Assembly: GCA_965644265.1 (NCBI GenBank) | Contig: OZ286459.1 | Location: 85,870,001 to 85,934,000 of the forward strand | Source: Glycera tridactyla | Taxonomy: Eukaryota | Length of the DNA: 64,000 nucleotides | Reading direction: 5' to 3' | Shown: piece by piece, positions 1-14,170 of the stretch | Layout: every line of letters starts with the position of its first letter | Position numbering within the stretch: position 1 is the stretch's first letter | Notes under the pieces: generated by a model | Told to the model about the DNA's origin: nothing | What the model saw: only the letters and a program-made list of their open reading frames with translations | Databases searched by the model: none | Position numbers and translations under genes: made by a program

Positions 1-3000
1 CAAATGCTGCCTCGTTACATTCCATGACAGGACTTCCATTCCTCGATTTTGCTCGATCTCCGTGCATTCTTGCTTTTGTACCGCCGCCAATTGTAACTTC
101 CCTTGGCATCACATGTATTGACAATTTGGACAACCCAACATACCACTATGACTATCTAGTATCTAAATGAAAAGGGTGGCATTTCTCCCGATGGGAGAAT
201 GATGAAAATTCACATATGCTGCTCTTCGCGCTGATAGAAAATGCAAGCTGGAAAAAATATTTCAAACCGCACCATGTGACATTCAATGTTATCATTGGGG
301 CCATGGACAGAATTCGATTCTCCAGCCGACTCACCATGAATCATCATTGTTCGTCTCAAGCATCGAATGACCAAATGGGGAAACCCTATGCCTCAAACAA
401 AAACATCGACCTGCATTATCAATGTATAAGTGGATATCATTTAACAACCTATTCGAGCTATGTGATACATAGGATCATTTCAAGATTTTTATGATCGCGC
501 GCCACATGAAGTTGAACATTCTCTTAGCTTTCACTGCATCATGAACCCACCTGTATTGAGCAGCTGATATTTAGTTTCTCAATGTGGATCTTTCGGAGTG
601 TGATTGCTTAATACACGATTGATTTTACACTACACTGATCACTTTCCCTCTATATTGTGACCTCCTCAGCAGTTCATAAAAATTGTTATGGCATAATCAC
701 ATGTATAGCTTCACGGCCCGAATGACCAGCTTTGTCTTGGCACTTGTCGGTGATAGCGACTATAAACTGGCAGATGTGTTATAATAGAGTCTAGGAGTTG
801 CTGAGGCGATATTACTTCCACAAGGAGCCGAGTGGACGAGCTCCCGACGGAAAATAAAATGGCATTAACTTTTTGTCGATTTCATCAACATAAATGACAG
901 ACATATTTCAAACAAGGAGTTTGCCTACTGCAATATGTGTTGATATAGCCGTACCCTGGACACAGATATTCTTGCCTCCCATCGTATCTTGTGTTCATAT
1001 TCTGTCATTCGAGATGAAATCGACAAGAATTCCGAAATCAAGATTGAAATCATTTTTTGCCTGATTGTGAGATACTGCTGACGTGAATGAAAGTGGAGTC
1101 TTTTGAAATCACTATTGGACAGTATAATATGATATACCTCATCATATACCAATCTAGATTTATCCACAGCGTCGAGTGCGCGTGCCACCCTGTATGTCAC
1201 CTGCAAACTGATTTCGATTTCCAAAGAGAGTGTTCATCAAGAGTTCATCCACCTGTGATGATTAGTAGGATTCCATGACACAATTCAGAATTTCTCTTTG
1301 TATATCAGATATTGCTGCGAAAAACTCACTTAGAACCAATTGAATTGCATTCTATGCTAGAAGGTACAGAAGTGGTGATACTCAGGTATCAGTGAATGAG
1401 AATTTATCGTAAGATATGGGCGGACAATAGGTGTCTGTTCTGGTGCAGAGAAATAAGTGATATCCATACTCGCTGCGAAGTCATTCTATTGTCCCCTGAT
1501 TCAATTGAAGAAATAATGAAGGCACAGATTGCATCTGTTATGATCATTTAATAAACAAATTATCTTATGAGGGTTCGAATCGTGATGAGAACAAGGTGTC
1601 GCAACTATCAGTTATTAAATAACGAAAAATCATATTCATATTGCGAGTGAGTTCAGGGCACAGCGAGTTAATCCAGATTTATGGAGTTTCTTCAACCGCA
1701 AGTTCTGAAGGGGCATAAGGTGTCTATTCTTCCGCCAACAATTTAAAGCGATCCATATTTGCTGCAACATCTTTCGCGTGACTGCTAATTCAATCAAGGA
1801 GACAACGAAGGCACAAATTAAATTTGTTTTGATTATGTTATACATTCACTACTTCTAGCGGGATTCAACAGAGAAGAGACCAGAAATTCATTGAGGTCCG
1901 AGTGCTGGTCTCTTCATCTGCTGGTTGTACAATGACTCATTAGCATTAGCTGGCCTATATTGAGACGCCCACGGGATGCGCGCTTACTGAGAGCTGCACT
2001 ATCAATAGCTGCAAAGCGCGATGTTTTCTTTCTTAAACCCATCCAACTCTCTAATCTAAGATACAGACTGCTAAATGAGTTTAGTCCGGTAATTCCAGCT
2101 AGATTCCTACACAGGTATCCAGGTGTAACTCTCAACTACGGTAGCGGCTTATGCTGTCAATAGATATACCATTTGTGTACTGCTACTACTATCCCCACAT
2201 CTGAACCACGCATAACGGTGCTTCCACCTGTCCGGCATGATTCATTTTGGTTACTACCACAGTCGAATTAAATCATCATGTCGGATAATATCAGAATAAC
2301 TGATGGTAGCACGCATTGGACTTGTAAGTGTCAAGCTGGACGATCAAACGTGAATCTGATGCTAAAATGCAATATTGTGAAACCCTTGCAATGAAAAGTT
2401 GGTTGTGATCATCGGATATTCAACCCTTTAGATCTCACAAAAAGTAGAAGGATTATAAAAATGCTCAAGTGATCAATGCACTTTCACCCGATACCTAAAA
2501 ATGATAGTATAGTGTTGATTTAACTCTGTCATGTATCCTAAATTTCCAAATTATGCATAGAACACCATATTATTTCTTGAAGGACACAGTTATGGAATTT
2601 TGATGGTAACTATAATTTTTGACCTGTTGCCGTCTGGGCAACCTGGGAATAAAGATCGAAATTTTGTATTCAGGCCTAGTGCAGGACCATCACTCCACTT
2701 CATTCCAATTCAAAATCTGCCTCTGCCGCCATGAATGTTTGATTATCAGGCATTGGCACAATCTTTGATTAGGCCATATATTTCTCACAAAATCCATTTT
2801 CCTTGCAAAAAATGTGAATATCCCACACAAAATCATTATGAAAATGAAACTTTCAAATCCTAACTAAAAGTTATGCCAGCAAGGTGGTGGATAGCAGCAT
2901 CAATCGAGTAATTGAGTACCAAATACGATTGTCTACAACCTATATTGGTCCTGCGCTGAGTCAAAATAGCCTAAAACCACATTATTCTGTTGATTTTGCT

Positions 3001-4545
3001 GCCATGGCAACGGTTTCAGGAGGTTTTGAGCAACCAAGTATCTTCTTCATTGAAAGCCTACAAACGGATCAATAACAATATGTATGGGTTTTGGTATGAA
3101 ATCCTGCTAATATCCAAATCCCTAGAGCAAATTTGAAGAAATAGGACATAGTCACAGGAATCCCTCAGAGGTGCATTAATCACTTGTGTGGCCTCTTCAA
3201 CACATCATATTGTAGCAACGATTGAGAGTGGGAAGACTTACATCAAGGTCATTGACCAATCTCTCAATGATATTGATCACATGTTTAATGTTTGATTGGG
3301 CCTTTGAAAGTTCTGAGGTATTTATCTCTATTGTCAGGGATGTTACGACTTTACTTTACGCTAGTCATTGTGAGATGTACTAGATTGTTGATGTGATTGC
3401 ACAAGTCATCAGGAGAGTTACATGAAAATTGACCGAATCACTGGGAGGCATTGCTATGGTCTAATTGCATTGATGTCTAATCTGCTCTGCCATTCCAGTA
3501 CTATAGGTCGGAGTAATTGCCAGTGATTATTCGAGATTGCTCAACCTAAAGTGCTTACAGAATCTACCATACACTTCTGTACATTGGCTGATGCTGACTG
3601 TGCTGCACGATATCACATAACAATATGTAAGATCATTATCCTAATACTGGCATATGATATTAACTTACTTGACTTTATTGTGGTCTCCCTGTGGTGGACA
3701 TGATTATATGATGAGAGGAGAATCACTCCTCATAGTTCCATGTTGGAATACCAGATTTTGCTCTCCACAAACCCACAAGCTGAATTACATCGCGTCTCCC
3801 ACAATAGGTCGTTGGGTGTCTATCATCCTTTGAGTTTGCTCAATGATAAACGGTGGGGGGATACCAGTGCTCCATAAAAATGTCATCTAGAAGGAATTGG
3901 GCTATATCGTTTTAGTCTTTCATGCACTACAACATAGCGCATGATCTGATAATTGGTTAGGACTCATACATAAGTTAAAGATATGACGCTGGGTACAGTA
4001 AAGTAGTTACTGGAGTAATCCTAGTTCGAGCGCATTGAGAACCATAAATATTAGCTTCCGAATCAAATGGATAAACGTGTGGAATGATGGATAATAACAA
4101 TGAGATGAAATGTACAGACTATGGCATTTGTCATTTGAATCTTGTGGTTCATGCAACAATAGCCCACTTTAGTCTGGTGTCAATGATCGGGTAACTTTGT
4201 AAAGGTGAATCGAAGGATTTATCAAAGCGTTGATCAGAGACTGACTACATTTGTCCGTGTCTATGTTCACATACACGTGAAAGGTCAATTACGTCGCTCG
4301 GATTCTGTGGACGCTTGAAGTTTATGTGTACAGGGATCAAGTGAGGTTCAGTCACTTTGTTTATTTACTGAATGGGCATTGTCCACAACGATGAGTAGGG
4401 CTGCCGGTCAGATGGGTGACCGAAATGAATGAATTTTGTCATTCTTTACGTGACCTGTACCATCACACAGATTTGAAGGATGTGAAGGTAACTGTGTGGA
4501 ACCGTTGCACTCCATCAATCTATCCGACTAAGATGTGAATGAATT

Positions 4546-4990
4546 GTCATTATTATTATCATTATCATTACTATCATCATTATTACTATCATCATTATTA
4601 CTATTATTAGTGCTATTTTTATTGTTATCATTAGCATTATTATCATTATTATTACTGTTAGCATTGCTAACTCTGAAGTAATGTCACCGAAAAATTGAAG
4701 GACCTGTCCTCCGTGCCCTGTTTCGCATGACGTCATGATCGGTAAAATCATTGATGTCATAGGGGTCCCCGTACGAGGTATTACCATCATGGCAAATGGC
4801 AGGTCCATGGTGTATCATCATCATCATTATCATAATCATCATTATCATGAGCATCATTATCATTATCAATGTCATCATTATCGTTATTATCATCATCATC
4901 ATTATTATCACCTGTATTATCATTATCATAATCATTATTGTCATTATTATTTCATCATCATTGAGGTCATCATAATTGATAGTTGTTATT
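4546..4990. repeat. Degenerate (ATT/ATC)n and (CAT)n trinucleotide tracts
   Basis: Visible tracts at about 4546-4665 and 4813-4975. They produce poly-I, poly-M and poly-H pseudo-ORFs. Confidence 0.93.
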
Positions 4991-6215
4991 AGATTGTTGA
5001 AAGACAGGAGCTGAGAGAGGTGATGCTAGTGACCTTCCGTCAGAATATTATCTCCGAGCCGGATATGTGTTTCACCTCAGAAGCAAGCGGCGATGGCCTG
5101 TCACCACACAATGTACCTCCGTCAGTTAATGTCAAAACACCTCGGATGGGAAGTCACACAACAGAAGGCCAGGTTACTCAAGTAAATGGTATTTTCAAAA
5201 GCCTCCCAGTTTGCGCCATCCAAGTTCTACACAGCCTGTCCTGGCGAATAATGGAGAGCAAACTATGGGTATCAAGTGGCTTCTCTCTGACATTCTCTGA
5301 AGATTGTCGCTTCCGACTTATTTAGGTGTCCACTATATTGATTGCTGTTTGGTCTACTTAATACGAATTCATCCTTCAATACACATGCTTATAGCAATGC
5401 TGCTGGCTCACTGCTAGCATTTGCCTCCCTCCCAACAGAAAAGGCAGCAATTGATCAAAGGTTCCATACATATCTCACGGACCGACAAATAGGAAAACCG
5501 TCCTATGCCACAAGGTCATGAACAGTGGGAATGTGAGTTCGTACATGATATTGCTCGACTACGTGCTAGCGTTTTGACAGGATGTCTCCAAATCCATTTA
5601 GAGGGCACACACACCATTGAAATGGGTACAGAACTCAAAGTTGAACTCATCCATAATGCAGAACGCATTCACTTTGTCTCCATAATCTGGAAAAGCATAT
5701 AGGAATTTCAGTATGGATACACCTGGTGTTAGTAGAAACGTGCCAAACACGATGCTTTCCACGGAGTGCCGCGACACATATTTCATGGAATCAATTTGTA
5801 CATCGCTGAGATTTCGGTGAAAGAGGTGGGTCTAAACCCCCACCATTAATGCCTGAGGCCTCTCGCCCCGATCCACTGATGGATTTTCTTGTACATGGTT
5901 AGCAGCAATATGTGTAGTAAAAAGAGGTGCCACTCACCCCTCCATAAGCTTTCAAGATAGGAAAAGCTTTTGGATTTGTTGATTCTTCATGCATGTCCTT
6001 TGGACATGGGTGTGATGAGAGGAATCTCTACTCTCCACAGAGAAATGACATGTCGACACATATTCTCAATGAAGGCCGACAGTGATGACTCAACCCAATT
6101 ATCTGCCAACGGACGTCCTGCCAAAACAAGACAGTGAATTTCCGTGTGGATTACAGCAAACGTGAACTGATGTTGGTCCCAACATCGGAGAACCAACGAG
6201 CATGATAGTGATGGT

Positions 6216-6507
6216 NNNNNNNNNNNNNNNNNNNNNNNNNNNNNNNNNNNNNNNNNNNNNNNNNNNNNNNNNNNNNNNNNNNNNNNNNNNNNNNNNNNNN
6301 NNNNNNNNNNNNNNNNNNNNNNNNNNNNNNNNNNNNNNNNNNNNNNNNNNNNNNNNNNNNNNNNNNNNNNNNNNNNNNNNNNNNNNNNNNNNNNNNNNNN
6401 NNNNNNNNNNNNNNNNNNNNNNNNNNNNNNNNNNNNNNNNNNNNNNNNNNNNNNNNNNNNNNNNNNNNNNNNNNNNNNNNNNNNNNNNNNNNNNNNNNNN
6501 NNNNNNA
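6216..6507. other. Assembly gap (N run); other gaps at about 27449-27742, 49947-50308 and 50997-51676
   Basis: Runs of N. The 27.4-kb gap is flanked by simple repeats. Confidence 0.99.
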
Positions 6508-9500
6508 CACCATTACAGCCATTAACTTCATAAAAAAAAAACTCACTGTCAGGCTGGTATAATGACTTCTTGTCTTCTGAAGAATCACATTTGCTGGAGT
6601 CATCTGTGGGCTACAATCGCCTTTCCGCCTTTGTACAATCTGATGGGCATATCAACTATGATGTCATATAATTGTTAGTGCATAGAAGCATCCTATTACA
6701 ACAGTCCTCTGAATGTTTGTGAAGGAGCGGCCTTGTGCATGCTGCCAATACCAGCAAGTGGATGATATGACAGTCTGTATACATATGAAGCAAGCGGAGG
6801 AGCCACTTATCGGAAGAGGCGGAGATCAGAAGCGAGAACGTACACCAGTTCAATATGCTGGCGCATACTAATCGAATCTCTCTAAAGCACGCATAGACCA
6901 ACATAAAGATATGGTGGATTGCTCTCAACAGAGGCACTTCAATGCATTTGTTGAAGTGTTGGTTGGCTGTCAACCTCCTTATTGACATAAACGGGCATGA
7001 AAGTCGTTCTAGCCAGGTCCATAGTCAGACCGATCTGTCACTCCAGAGTGATATGGATATCAGTGTATTTCCCTTGATCTGGATCTCTTTGGTGGTCGTG
7101 GTTGCCGTGTTTCCTACAGTTATTGTTGTGATAGTGGTGACGCTGGTGGTTGAGATGTGATGGTGATGGGAGTGGTGGAACAGGGGGTAGCGCTGGTACG
7201 GTGGACATTACAATCCCGAATGTGGTGGTATAGAATAAGTCTGCTGTCGATGCCACCACCAGTTTGACCATCTCTGCCACCAATGTGCCACCAACAACAA
7301 CGTCACTGAGGACACCAACTCGACCATAACTAACACCCAAACATGCACCAACTCCTCCGATCACCCAGCTAGCTTTAGTATTGCCTGGCCCCTGTTGTTG
7401 ACTATCTCTGCTGGTTATTGTGCTATCAAAAGTAGGTCTGCTTTGATGTGATCACGTACTTCTATTCACCAGGTCCCAGTTGTCAGACTCTTGGTTAATT
7501 GTTCTAATGCTAACAGGGATTGGTGAAAACTACTATCCTAGTGTCTTTCATATGTAGGCGAATGGATATTTGGATGATTGCCCACTGCACTTTGGTGGAC
7601 AGATGTAGTCTTTCGCCCTGTGATACATGGAGTAGCTGGACGAAATTAGTGTCCATTAGCGTTGATCGGGAGGGAAAATGCAGATGTGTTGATTGTATTT
7701 TGTCTTACTAATCTATGCTCAAGCCCAGATGAAATAGCTTCCTCTTTGTGGCAAGAGAGTGTAAATAAAGTTCTGTTATTTTGATCGATTCCACCACATG
7801 TCTGCGAAATGGCGATTCTGTTCATCAAGAAGAAATTCACTTGATATGCGAGAACAACCTAGAGACCACGAGGAGTGGTATCAAATGATATAAGAAGATA
7901 AGACGAGCTCAATTAGTTCGATGTATTAGTTTGGATGAAGTTTCCAGCTCGGTACAACAATTGGTTAATACACCTCATAAGGATGGAGGCAAGTCCGGGA
8001 GATTGCAAGATCATATATAAACTCCCGAGGTTAGAGCCATTGTATTCATTTGAGGATCCGGAAACACAATTTCGAGCTACTACCTCAAATATATGCGTGG
8101 TCAAGCTTTTGGTTTATGTCCGTCGGCCCAATCGTGGCCCGATCTTTAATCCGTCCACGGAACCTGTAAATGTTGCATCACAGTACATAGTATAGCTCTG
8201 CATACTCTAGTATTTGACTTTACACCCTCCATCCGCTTCATATTCCAAATCCCCTGCAATGTTTTTGAATATTCTCTTGAAAATACACATGTAATTAGCA
8301 AATATGATACGACCTCTGTCGATGATATAATTAGAAGTATCCTGGTGGTAAGATGAGACAGGAGAGGGGTGTACATCCACAAAAGATTTGTGGGAAGTTC
8401 ACACTTACGCCTATCGGCCTGGGAAATGCAGGAAGAACTATTATGCTTGAATAAAGTCACCGTCACGCAATGTTCCGAAACAGTTATCAACCATTATCAA
8501 CTTTATTTATGGTGGGTTTCTACAAAGCTATTCAAATTCGAACAAAATTAAAGATAACTATGAATGATCCCAACTTGCAGCAGTTGGTTTCCGATACCCA
8601 CCATAGACCCAACCTGCCTGTTTGATTGGTTCGGTATGGAAGGGTTATTGCCAGCCGAGCCTGGTGCTGTCATACTATCCTCGGTGTTCGCTCATATATT
8701 CTTGTCTAAATCACTTGTCTTTCTCCACAATACATTGCTGAGGCCAGGGGTTATGGTGACCATCGTGGTCTAATCTCTTGCAGCCGTGCTTTGTCATACA
8801 ACTGACGTCATCTGAGTCGATGTGACGTCTATCTTCGTAATGACATCGTGTTTTGAGATCATGTTGGGACTATTTCATAACAATTATATCTTCAGCATAT
8901 AGATCATTCTGTCTAACCCTGCTTGTCACTTCAATCGATGAAATGTTCTACCTGGTGAGCAATGGGGGTACACTTTGACTATGTAGAAAATTGCTCTTAT
9001 AAATGTTGAAGCAGCTGCATTGTGAACATTAAATCTATTCTCGTATTTGAAAATGCTGGTGATTGAGGTATGTCACACAAATGATCAAGTGAGAATGAGA
9101 AAAGGTCGATAAAGGAGCATCCACATGATCTTGTAAGCACATTCACATTGCTCTTTACAGTCAGAGAATTATGTTGCTGAAAAAAGTTGTTCGCACTTTG
9201 ACTTCAAACTCAGCCAACAGATATGCGAATAGTGAAGACACCTTTTCGGAGGTCTTCAGTTACGTTTGCTAGAAAAGAGAGGTATCTCCACGAGAAGACA
9301 TCATATGGTTTGGAGAGGATAGCAAAACGATTTCGCAATTGTGATGCTTGACCTGTATCAATGCGACAACGTTCTCTCTTTTTCCCACCCTTTTTAAAAA
9401 TTGGTGATTCCCAGCATCAGGAATTGCGTTTCTGTCCTTGAGCCAACTAGGCAATCTCGGATAGGTCAAGCTGTGGACTATGAAGCCTGGTTCCTTCCTA

Positions 9501-10067
9501 AATGATGACCACCTTCTTTCACATCTCTGCCTAATGGGAATTGCTGCAGGCTATGATTCTTTGACTAATGGTCGGTGCTAATCAAGTTGACTAGATTCTC
9601 GTTGACTCACTCATGTTGGATCAATTTCCGGATCGATCCAACAATATGCCTCTCTCCGATCTAATAGAAGATTAGTTCTTCTGATGGTGTAATCTTCTAC
9701 CTTCATCTATGGAATTCAACTCACACATGCATCTGAAACCTACAAAATCTGATCTCATATATATATATATATATTGTTTCTTTATTTTGATTCGTCAATT
9801 GTAGTATATACATATACAAATATACAATGCCTCCAGTCGAAGGCGTTCCCAATGCGACGAATTATTATTACTGATACAATAATACATTTATGCTGTACCC
9901 ACTCAGTTCCTATATAATCGATCTTTCTGGTTTCAGACAATCCAAATAATACACGGGGTTGACATAATTAAAGTGAGAATGACAAATGAGGATGAAGATG
10001 AAGATGAAGACCCAATTGGAGAAGGAGAAGATAATAGAGGACGTTCCATTAGCTATGTTCACATGTT

Positions 10068-10089
10068 TGTAGAGAACATGTTCTCTACA
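10068..10089. other. 22-bp perfect palindrome (hairpin) in the LINE 3' UTR
   Basis: tgtagagaacatgttctctaca equals its own reverse complement. Confidence 0.85.
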
Positions 10090-10343
10090 TAACTACGACT
10101 CTATAGTAGACAATTAAGACAAATATTGTATAAAGATGAAATTTGGATAATAAAATGGATGATAAAATAAGTTTTCAACCAATGACTTGTTTTAATTTTA
10201 ATTTTGATTTTACAGTCTCACAGATTAAAATTCCAGAAATTAAGTTTAGGTATGATGCTTGATCTGATTTTTAGACTCAGACACTGTACAGAACATCTCT
10301 AAAAACAATAACACTGTCTATATCCTTCAAATGAGAGCTATAT

Positions 10344-13274
10344 TCAGGCAATATGCATAAATAGCTTCAACTGTTCCTTAAATATTTTCGGTGGTTTGCT
10401 TCCAAATTCTTCAAAATCTCTCACATAATTATTCCATAGATTACTACCTCTAAATTGAAAAGATCCTTCTGCCATTTTTGATCGTGGCTGATGTATTGAC
10501 ACATATTGCTTGTTCAAGGATCTGGTATGATAGTCATGTGATACATGCAGATAGGTACATAATGGATCATATTGTGGATGCACATTTCCTGTCAATATAT
10601 TATTAACATGTATCAGGGTATGGTACTGTCTACGACAGTCAAGGTATGGCATTTTTAGCACATTATGTACTTGGGATGTCCTTGTTAGAGGAGCACTTCG
10701 AGTTATTATTCGAAAAGCTTTATTTTGTACTTTTTGGAGTTTACTAGCATTTACCATACCCAGACTGTCGTAAACAATATCACAGTAATCAAATATAGGA
10801 AGGATGAGCGTCCTATACAGCATCAGGGACACATCTCGGCTGAGTCTGTCCCTGAGTCTGCCCAGGACACCCACCCTTCCCATAGTTTTTGATCTAATGT
10901 ATTCAGCATGACCTGAGAAGCTCAACGTTTCATCGAGGATGACTCCTAAATATTTAAAAGTCTTTGTTTGCTTTACCAATTCATTTTGGAACATTATATC
11001 GAAATTACAGCGATTTACCTGTTGTCTTGATCCAAAAATCATGATTTGCGTTTTTTTTATATTTAGGCTAAGTTTATTTCTCTTTAGCCAAATACTGGCT
11101 TGATTAAGAGCATTCTCAAGTCTTGTCTGTAGTACAATTGGATCCTTATTAGACACCATAATAGCAGTGTCGTCCGCATAGAGACTCATACTGAGCCCCC
11201 TCATAGAATGTGATAAGTCATTCACGTATATAGTGAACAACAGGGGGCCCAGTATGGATCCCTGCGGAACTCCACATGAGATTTCACATGCCTTAGAGGT
11301 TACTCCGTTTACTTTTACCTGACATGTTCGGCCTGTCAAATAACTCTCTATCCATTTCATACACATTGGGTTTGCACCGTACCTTTTCAACTTCTTGAGC
11401 AGAATGCCATGGTCTACCGTGTCAAAAGCCTTCTTAAGATCCAAGAAAAGGACCCCACTGGTATCTCGTTTTTCAATATTTAAATATATTTTATCTAAAA
11501 ATTCTAGTAAACATGTGCCAGTGGAGCACCCCTCCCTGAATCCAGACTGCTCTCGACACAGTAGACCATGACTTTCTAAATAGTTTGACACTTGGCGATG
11601 AATTAATCGTTCCAGGACTTTACCAAGGGTACATAAGAGACTGATGGGTCTGTAATTTGACTCACACGTCCTACTACCTTCTTTAAACAATGGTATAATG
11701 GTTGCCGATTTCCATTGGGTAGGAAAAGTCCCTTCTAGGATACTGGTATTGTATAAATGCTGTAAAATAGGGCATAAGGATTCTACACAATTTTTTATAA
11801 TTTTCGCACTGATCCCATCATCTTTTCCGGCTTTCGATGGTGACAGTCTATCAATTGCCTTCTTTACATCATGCATGTCAACAGTCGATAGGCTTAGGGT
11901 ATTACTTAGGTTATACGGAAAGTTTACAATAGGATCAGTCCCGTCACTTTTGATGGTCTCACTTAATTTATTCCCTATGTTACCAAAGAATTCATTTAAG
12001 CATTCAGAAATTTCATTTTTATCTGTTTTGTCTCCAATTTTCATAATTTCAGTTGAACCTTTCGATTTTCCCCAAAAAGCATGTATAGTTTCCCACAATT
12101 TCCTAGGTTCTGATTTATGTTCTTTTAGCGAGTCTTCTATATATTGCCTTTGGAGTTTACGTTTTAAAATCTTGCATCGCTTTTCTATTTCTTTCTTTAT
12201 TGTTTTGTTAATTTCAGAATTTTCTAATTTAAAAATCCTATTTGCTCTTTCTCGTTCCTTAACCAAGTCAAGGTATTCTCCCGTTAGCCATTTCGGCCAG
12301 TTTTCTCGGACTCGATGCCTTTTCAACGGGATATTTTCTGTTATGATATCATTCATAACCTGGTGGAAAATTCTAGTGCAGTTATTGGTATCATTACTAG
12401 AAAAGAATTCATTCCAGTCTGCAGATCTTATTTTATCCTGAATTAATTTAAAATCAGCCTTGGCAAAGTCTCTGAAAAAAACAAATTCGGATGCTTTTGA
12501 TACAGGCAATTTCTTTCTTACAACAATCAACATACTATGGTCTGATATGCCTGTATCAAAAACTCCATGCTGGTGGTAGAGTTCTGGGCAGTTCACATTA
12601 AAATGATCAATCAGGGTTTTTGAAAATTCGGTAACCCTAGTGTGCTTTGTGATTAATTGTGTTAAGTTATTACTTTTCAATGTTTTATAATATTGATTAT
12701 TTTTATTTAAAGTTACCAAGTCGATATTGGTGTCCCCGGCTACCAAAACATCCCCAAATTTACACTGTTCAATTTTTATAAGACTCTCATCCAGCCAATC
12801 ACAAAACACACTCTGGTTTCCGCTGGGGGGTCTATAAAGACCACATATATAAATCGGTCTAGTATCTGGGAGCAACAGTTTCATCCAGAGGGCTTCAATA
12901 TCAGGGCAACATATAACTGTGTCATCCATAAGTTCAACAATACGATTCTTTCGAATGTATACAATCAGTCCTCCTCCGGTTCGCTTACCACTTTCAACTG
13001 TTCTATCGGCTCGTATGATATAATACCCCTGGATACTAAGTTCTGAATTTTCTATGGTTGGTGAAAGAAATGTTTCAGACAGAATGAAAATATCAAGTTT
13101 ACTCTGTAACAAAAGTAATTGTATGTCATCCACCTTTTTCACAAGGCTTCTTATGTTGAGATAGCCAATTTTCACCCCTTTAAAGTCATTGCATTCATTT
13201 ATCGATGCAAGTTGTCTAGTTAGTTTCTGGAAGTCCTTCTTCTCACATGCAGGTGGGTCTATTTTTGATGACAT
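10344..13274 (-). CDS. LINE ORF2: APE endonuclease plus reverse transcriptase, 976 aa, intact
   Basis: APE motifs YLNIRSL, LSETFL, GLYRPP, GDTNID, LIDH, SDH. RT motifs NYRPISLL, QSGFR, FLDLKKAFDTV, GVPQGSILGPLLF, YADD, KYLGV. C-terminus YHTRS...SFQFRGSNLWN is typical of the CR1/L2/Crack group. No stops or frameshifts. Confidence 0.97.
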   Translation of the reverse strand: MSSKIDPPACEKKDFQKLTRQLASINECNDFKGVKIGYLNIRSLVKKVDDIQLLLLQSKLDIFILSETFLSPTIENSELSIQGYYIIRADRTVESGKRTGGGLIVYIRKNRIVELMDDTVICCPDIEALWMKLLLPDTRPIYICGLYRPPSGNQSVFCDWLDESLIKIEQCKFGDVLVAGDTNIDLVTLNKNNQYYKTLKSNNLTQLITKHTRVTEFSKTLIDHFNVNCPELYHQHGVFDTGISDHSMLIVVRKKLPVSKASEFVFFRDFAKADFKLIQDKIRSADWNEFFSSNDTNNCTRIFHQVMNDIITENIPLKRHRVRENWPKWLTGEYLDLVKERERANRIFKLENSEINKTIKKEIEKRCKILKRKLQRQYIEDSLKEHKSEPRKLWETIHAFWGKSKGSTEIMKIGDKTDKNEISECLNEFFGNIGNKLSETIKSDGTDPIVNFPYNLSNTLSLSTVDMHDVKKAIDRLSPSKAGKDDGISAKIIKNCVESLCPILQHLYNTSILEGTFPTQWKSATIIPLFKEGSRTCESNYRPISLLCTLGKVLERLIHRQVSNYLESHGLLCREQSGFREGCSTGTCLLEFLDKIYLNIEKRDTSGVLFLDLKKAFDTVDHGILLKKLKRYGANPMCMKWIESYLTGRTCQVKVNGVTSKACEISCGVPQGSILGPLLFTIYVNDLSHSMRGLSMSLYADDTAIMVSNKDPIVLQTRLENALNQASIWLKRNKLSLNIKKTQIMIFGSRQQVNRCNFDIMFQNELVKQTKTFKYLGVILDETLSFSGHAEYIRSKTMGRVGVLGRLRDRLSRDVSLMLYRTLILPIFDYCDIVYDSLGMVNASKLQKVQNKAFRIITRSAPLTRTSQVHNVLKMPYLDCRRQYHTLIHVNNILTGNVHPQYDPLCTYLHVSHDYHTRSLNKQYVSIHQPRSKMAEGSFQFRGSNLWNNYVRDFEEFGSKPPKIFKEQLKLFMHIA

Positions 13275-13679
13275 GTTGATGAATTTATGGATGATATTCT
13301 ATATTTTATTTCTAAGTAGAAAATAGTTTGAGTACAGCAATAGTTATATCTACTACGATCAAGATGTTTAGTGTATGTTACTATAGTGTATTTTGTATAA
13401 AACAAAATAGACTTTTCTCTCTTTGTGGGACAGTAGGTCCTACACCAACTTAGGTAGTCATAATAGTTTCGAATAGAAAGATAAAGCTGTACTCCAGCAA
13501 AAAGTTATAAAATTTTTAAAACATTTTTTTAAATTATCAGATCAGGGGGGAAACCCCGAGAGGAATTCTCTCCAGAGCTGTTTTACTCCATTCAAAGATG
13601 CTCTATAACTTACTCGAAATATGATTTCTAAATCATCTTTGCATGGCAGACGATGGACACTTGATCAAACAATAGAAAC

Positions 13680-14170
13680 GAAAGCTTGAATTTGTAACTC
13701 CCCATAGCATACACTGAGGGAATTTAGAACACAGACATTTCCTACTGGAAAACACTTGACAGTGAATAAGCAAACAAATATAATCTGAGTAGATAATCAC
13801 GTTTTGAGTCACCTTTGAAAAATTGTTCAAATAACATGTCAAAATAAAGACGAAAGCGTGAATTTGTAACTCCCCATAGCATAAACTGAGGGAATTTAGA
13901 ACACAGACATTTCCTACTGGAAAACACTTGACAGTGAAATAAGCAAACAAATATAAATCTGAGTAGATAATCACGTTTTAGGTCACCTTTGAAAATTTGT
14001 TCAAATAACATGTCAAAATACATTGAGAAAGCTGGGAGCAAAAGCATTTCCTGTTGAAAAGAAGAAAAGAAAACAAAAGAAAACAAAAGAAAACACTCGG
14101 CAATAAGTAATAATCAGAAATAAATCTCAGTGGATAATCATATAACGAGTCACCTCAGGATAATGTTCAA
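13680..14170. repeat. 172-bp tandem repeat (two near-identical copies plus a degenerate partial third) upstream of ORF2
   Basis: gaatttgtaactccc starts at 13688 and at 13860. A diverged partial copy lies at about 14110-14180, and a short (gaaaacaaaa)n run at about 14065-14095. Confidence 0.92.

Noticed and set aside
1572-1583. GGTTCGAATC B-box-like motif (a weaker one near 21945)
   Set aside because: No A-box at proper spacing and no cloverleaf, so not called as tRNA or SINE.
4515-4992. Poly-His, poly-Met and poly-Ile ORFs
   Set aside because: Translations of a trinucleotide microsatellite, open in several frames on both strands.
9980-10093. Short acidic plus-strand ORF MTNEDEDEDED...
   Set aside because: Only 37 codons, antisense to the LINE 3' UTR, and explained by a (GAAGAT)n repeat.
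11698-12441. 247-aa plus-strand ORF
   Set aside because: Antisense shadow of LINE ORF2 with no motifs of its own. The same applies to 48036-48416, 48595-49161, 16178-16540 and 17416-17613.
13633-14086. 113-aa and 114-aa ORFs in the 172-bp repeat
   Set aside because: Products of an AT-rich tandem repeat that shifts frame between units.
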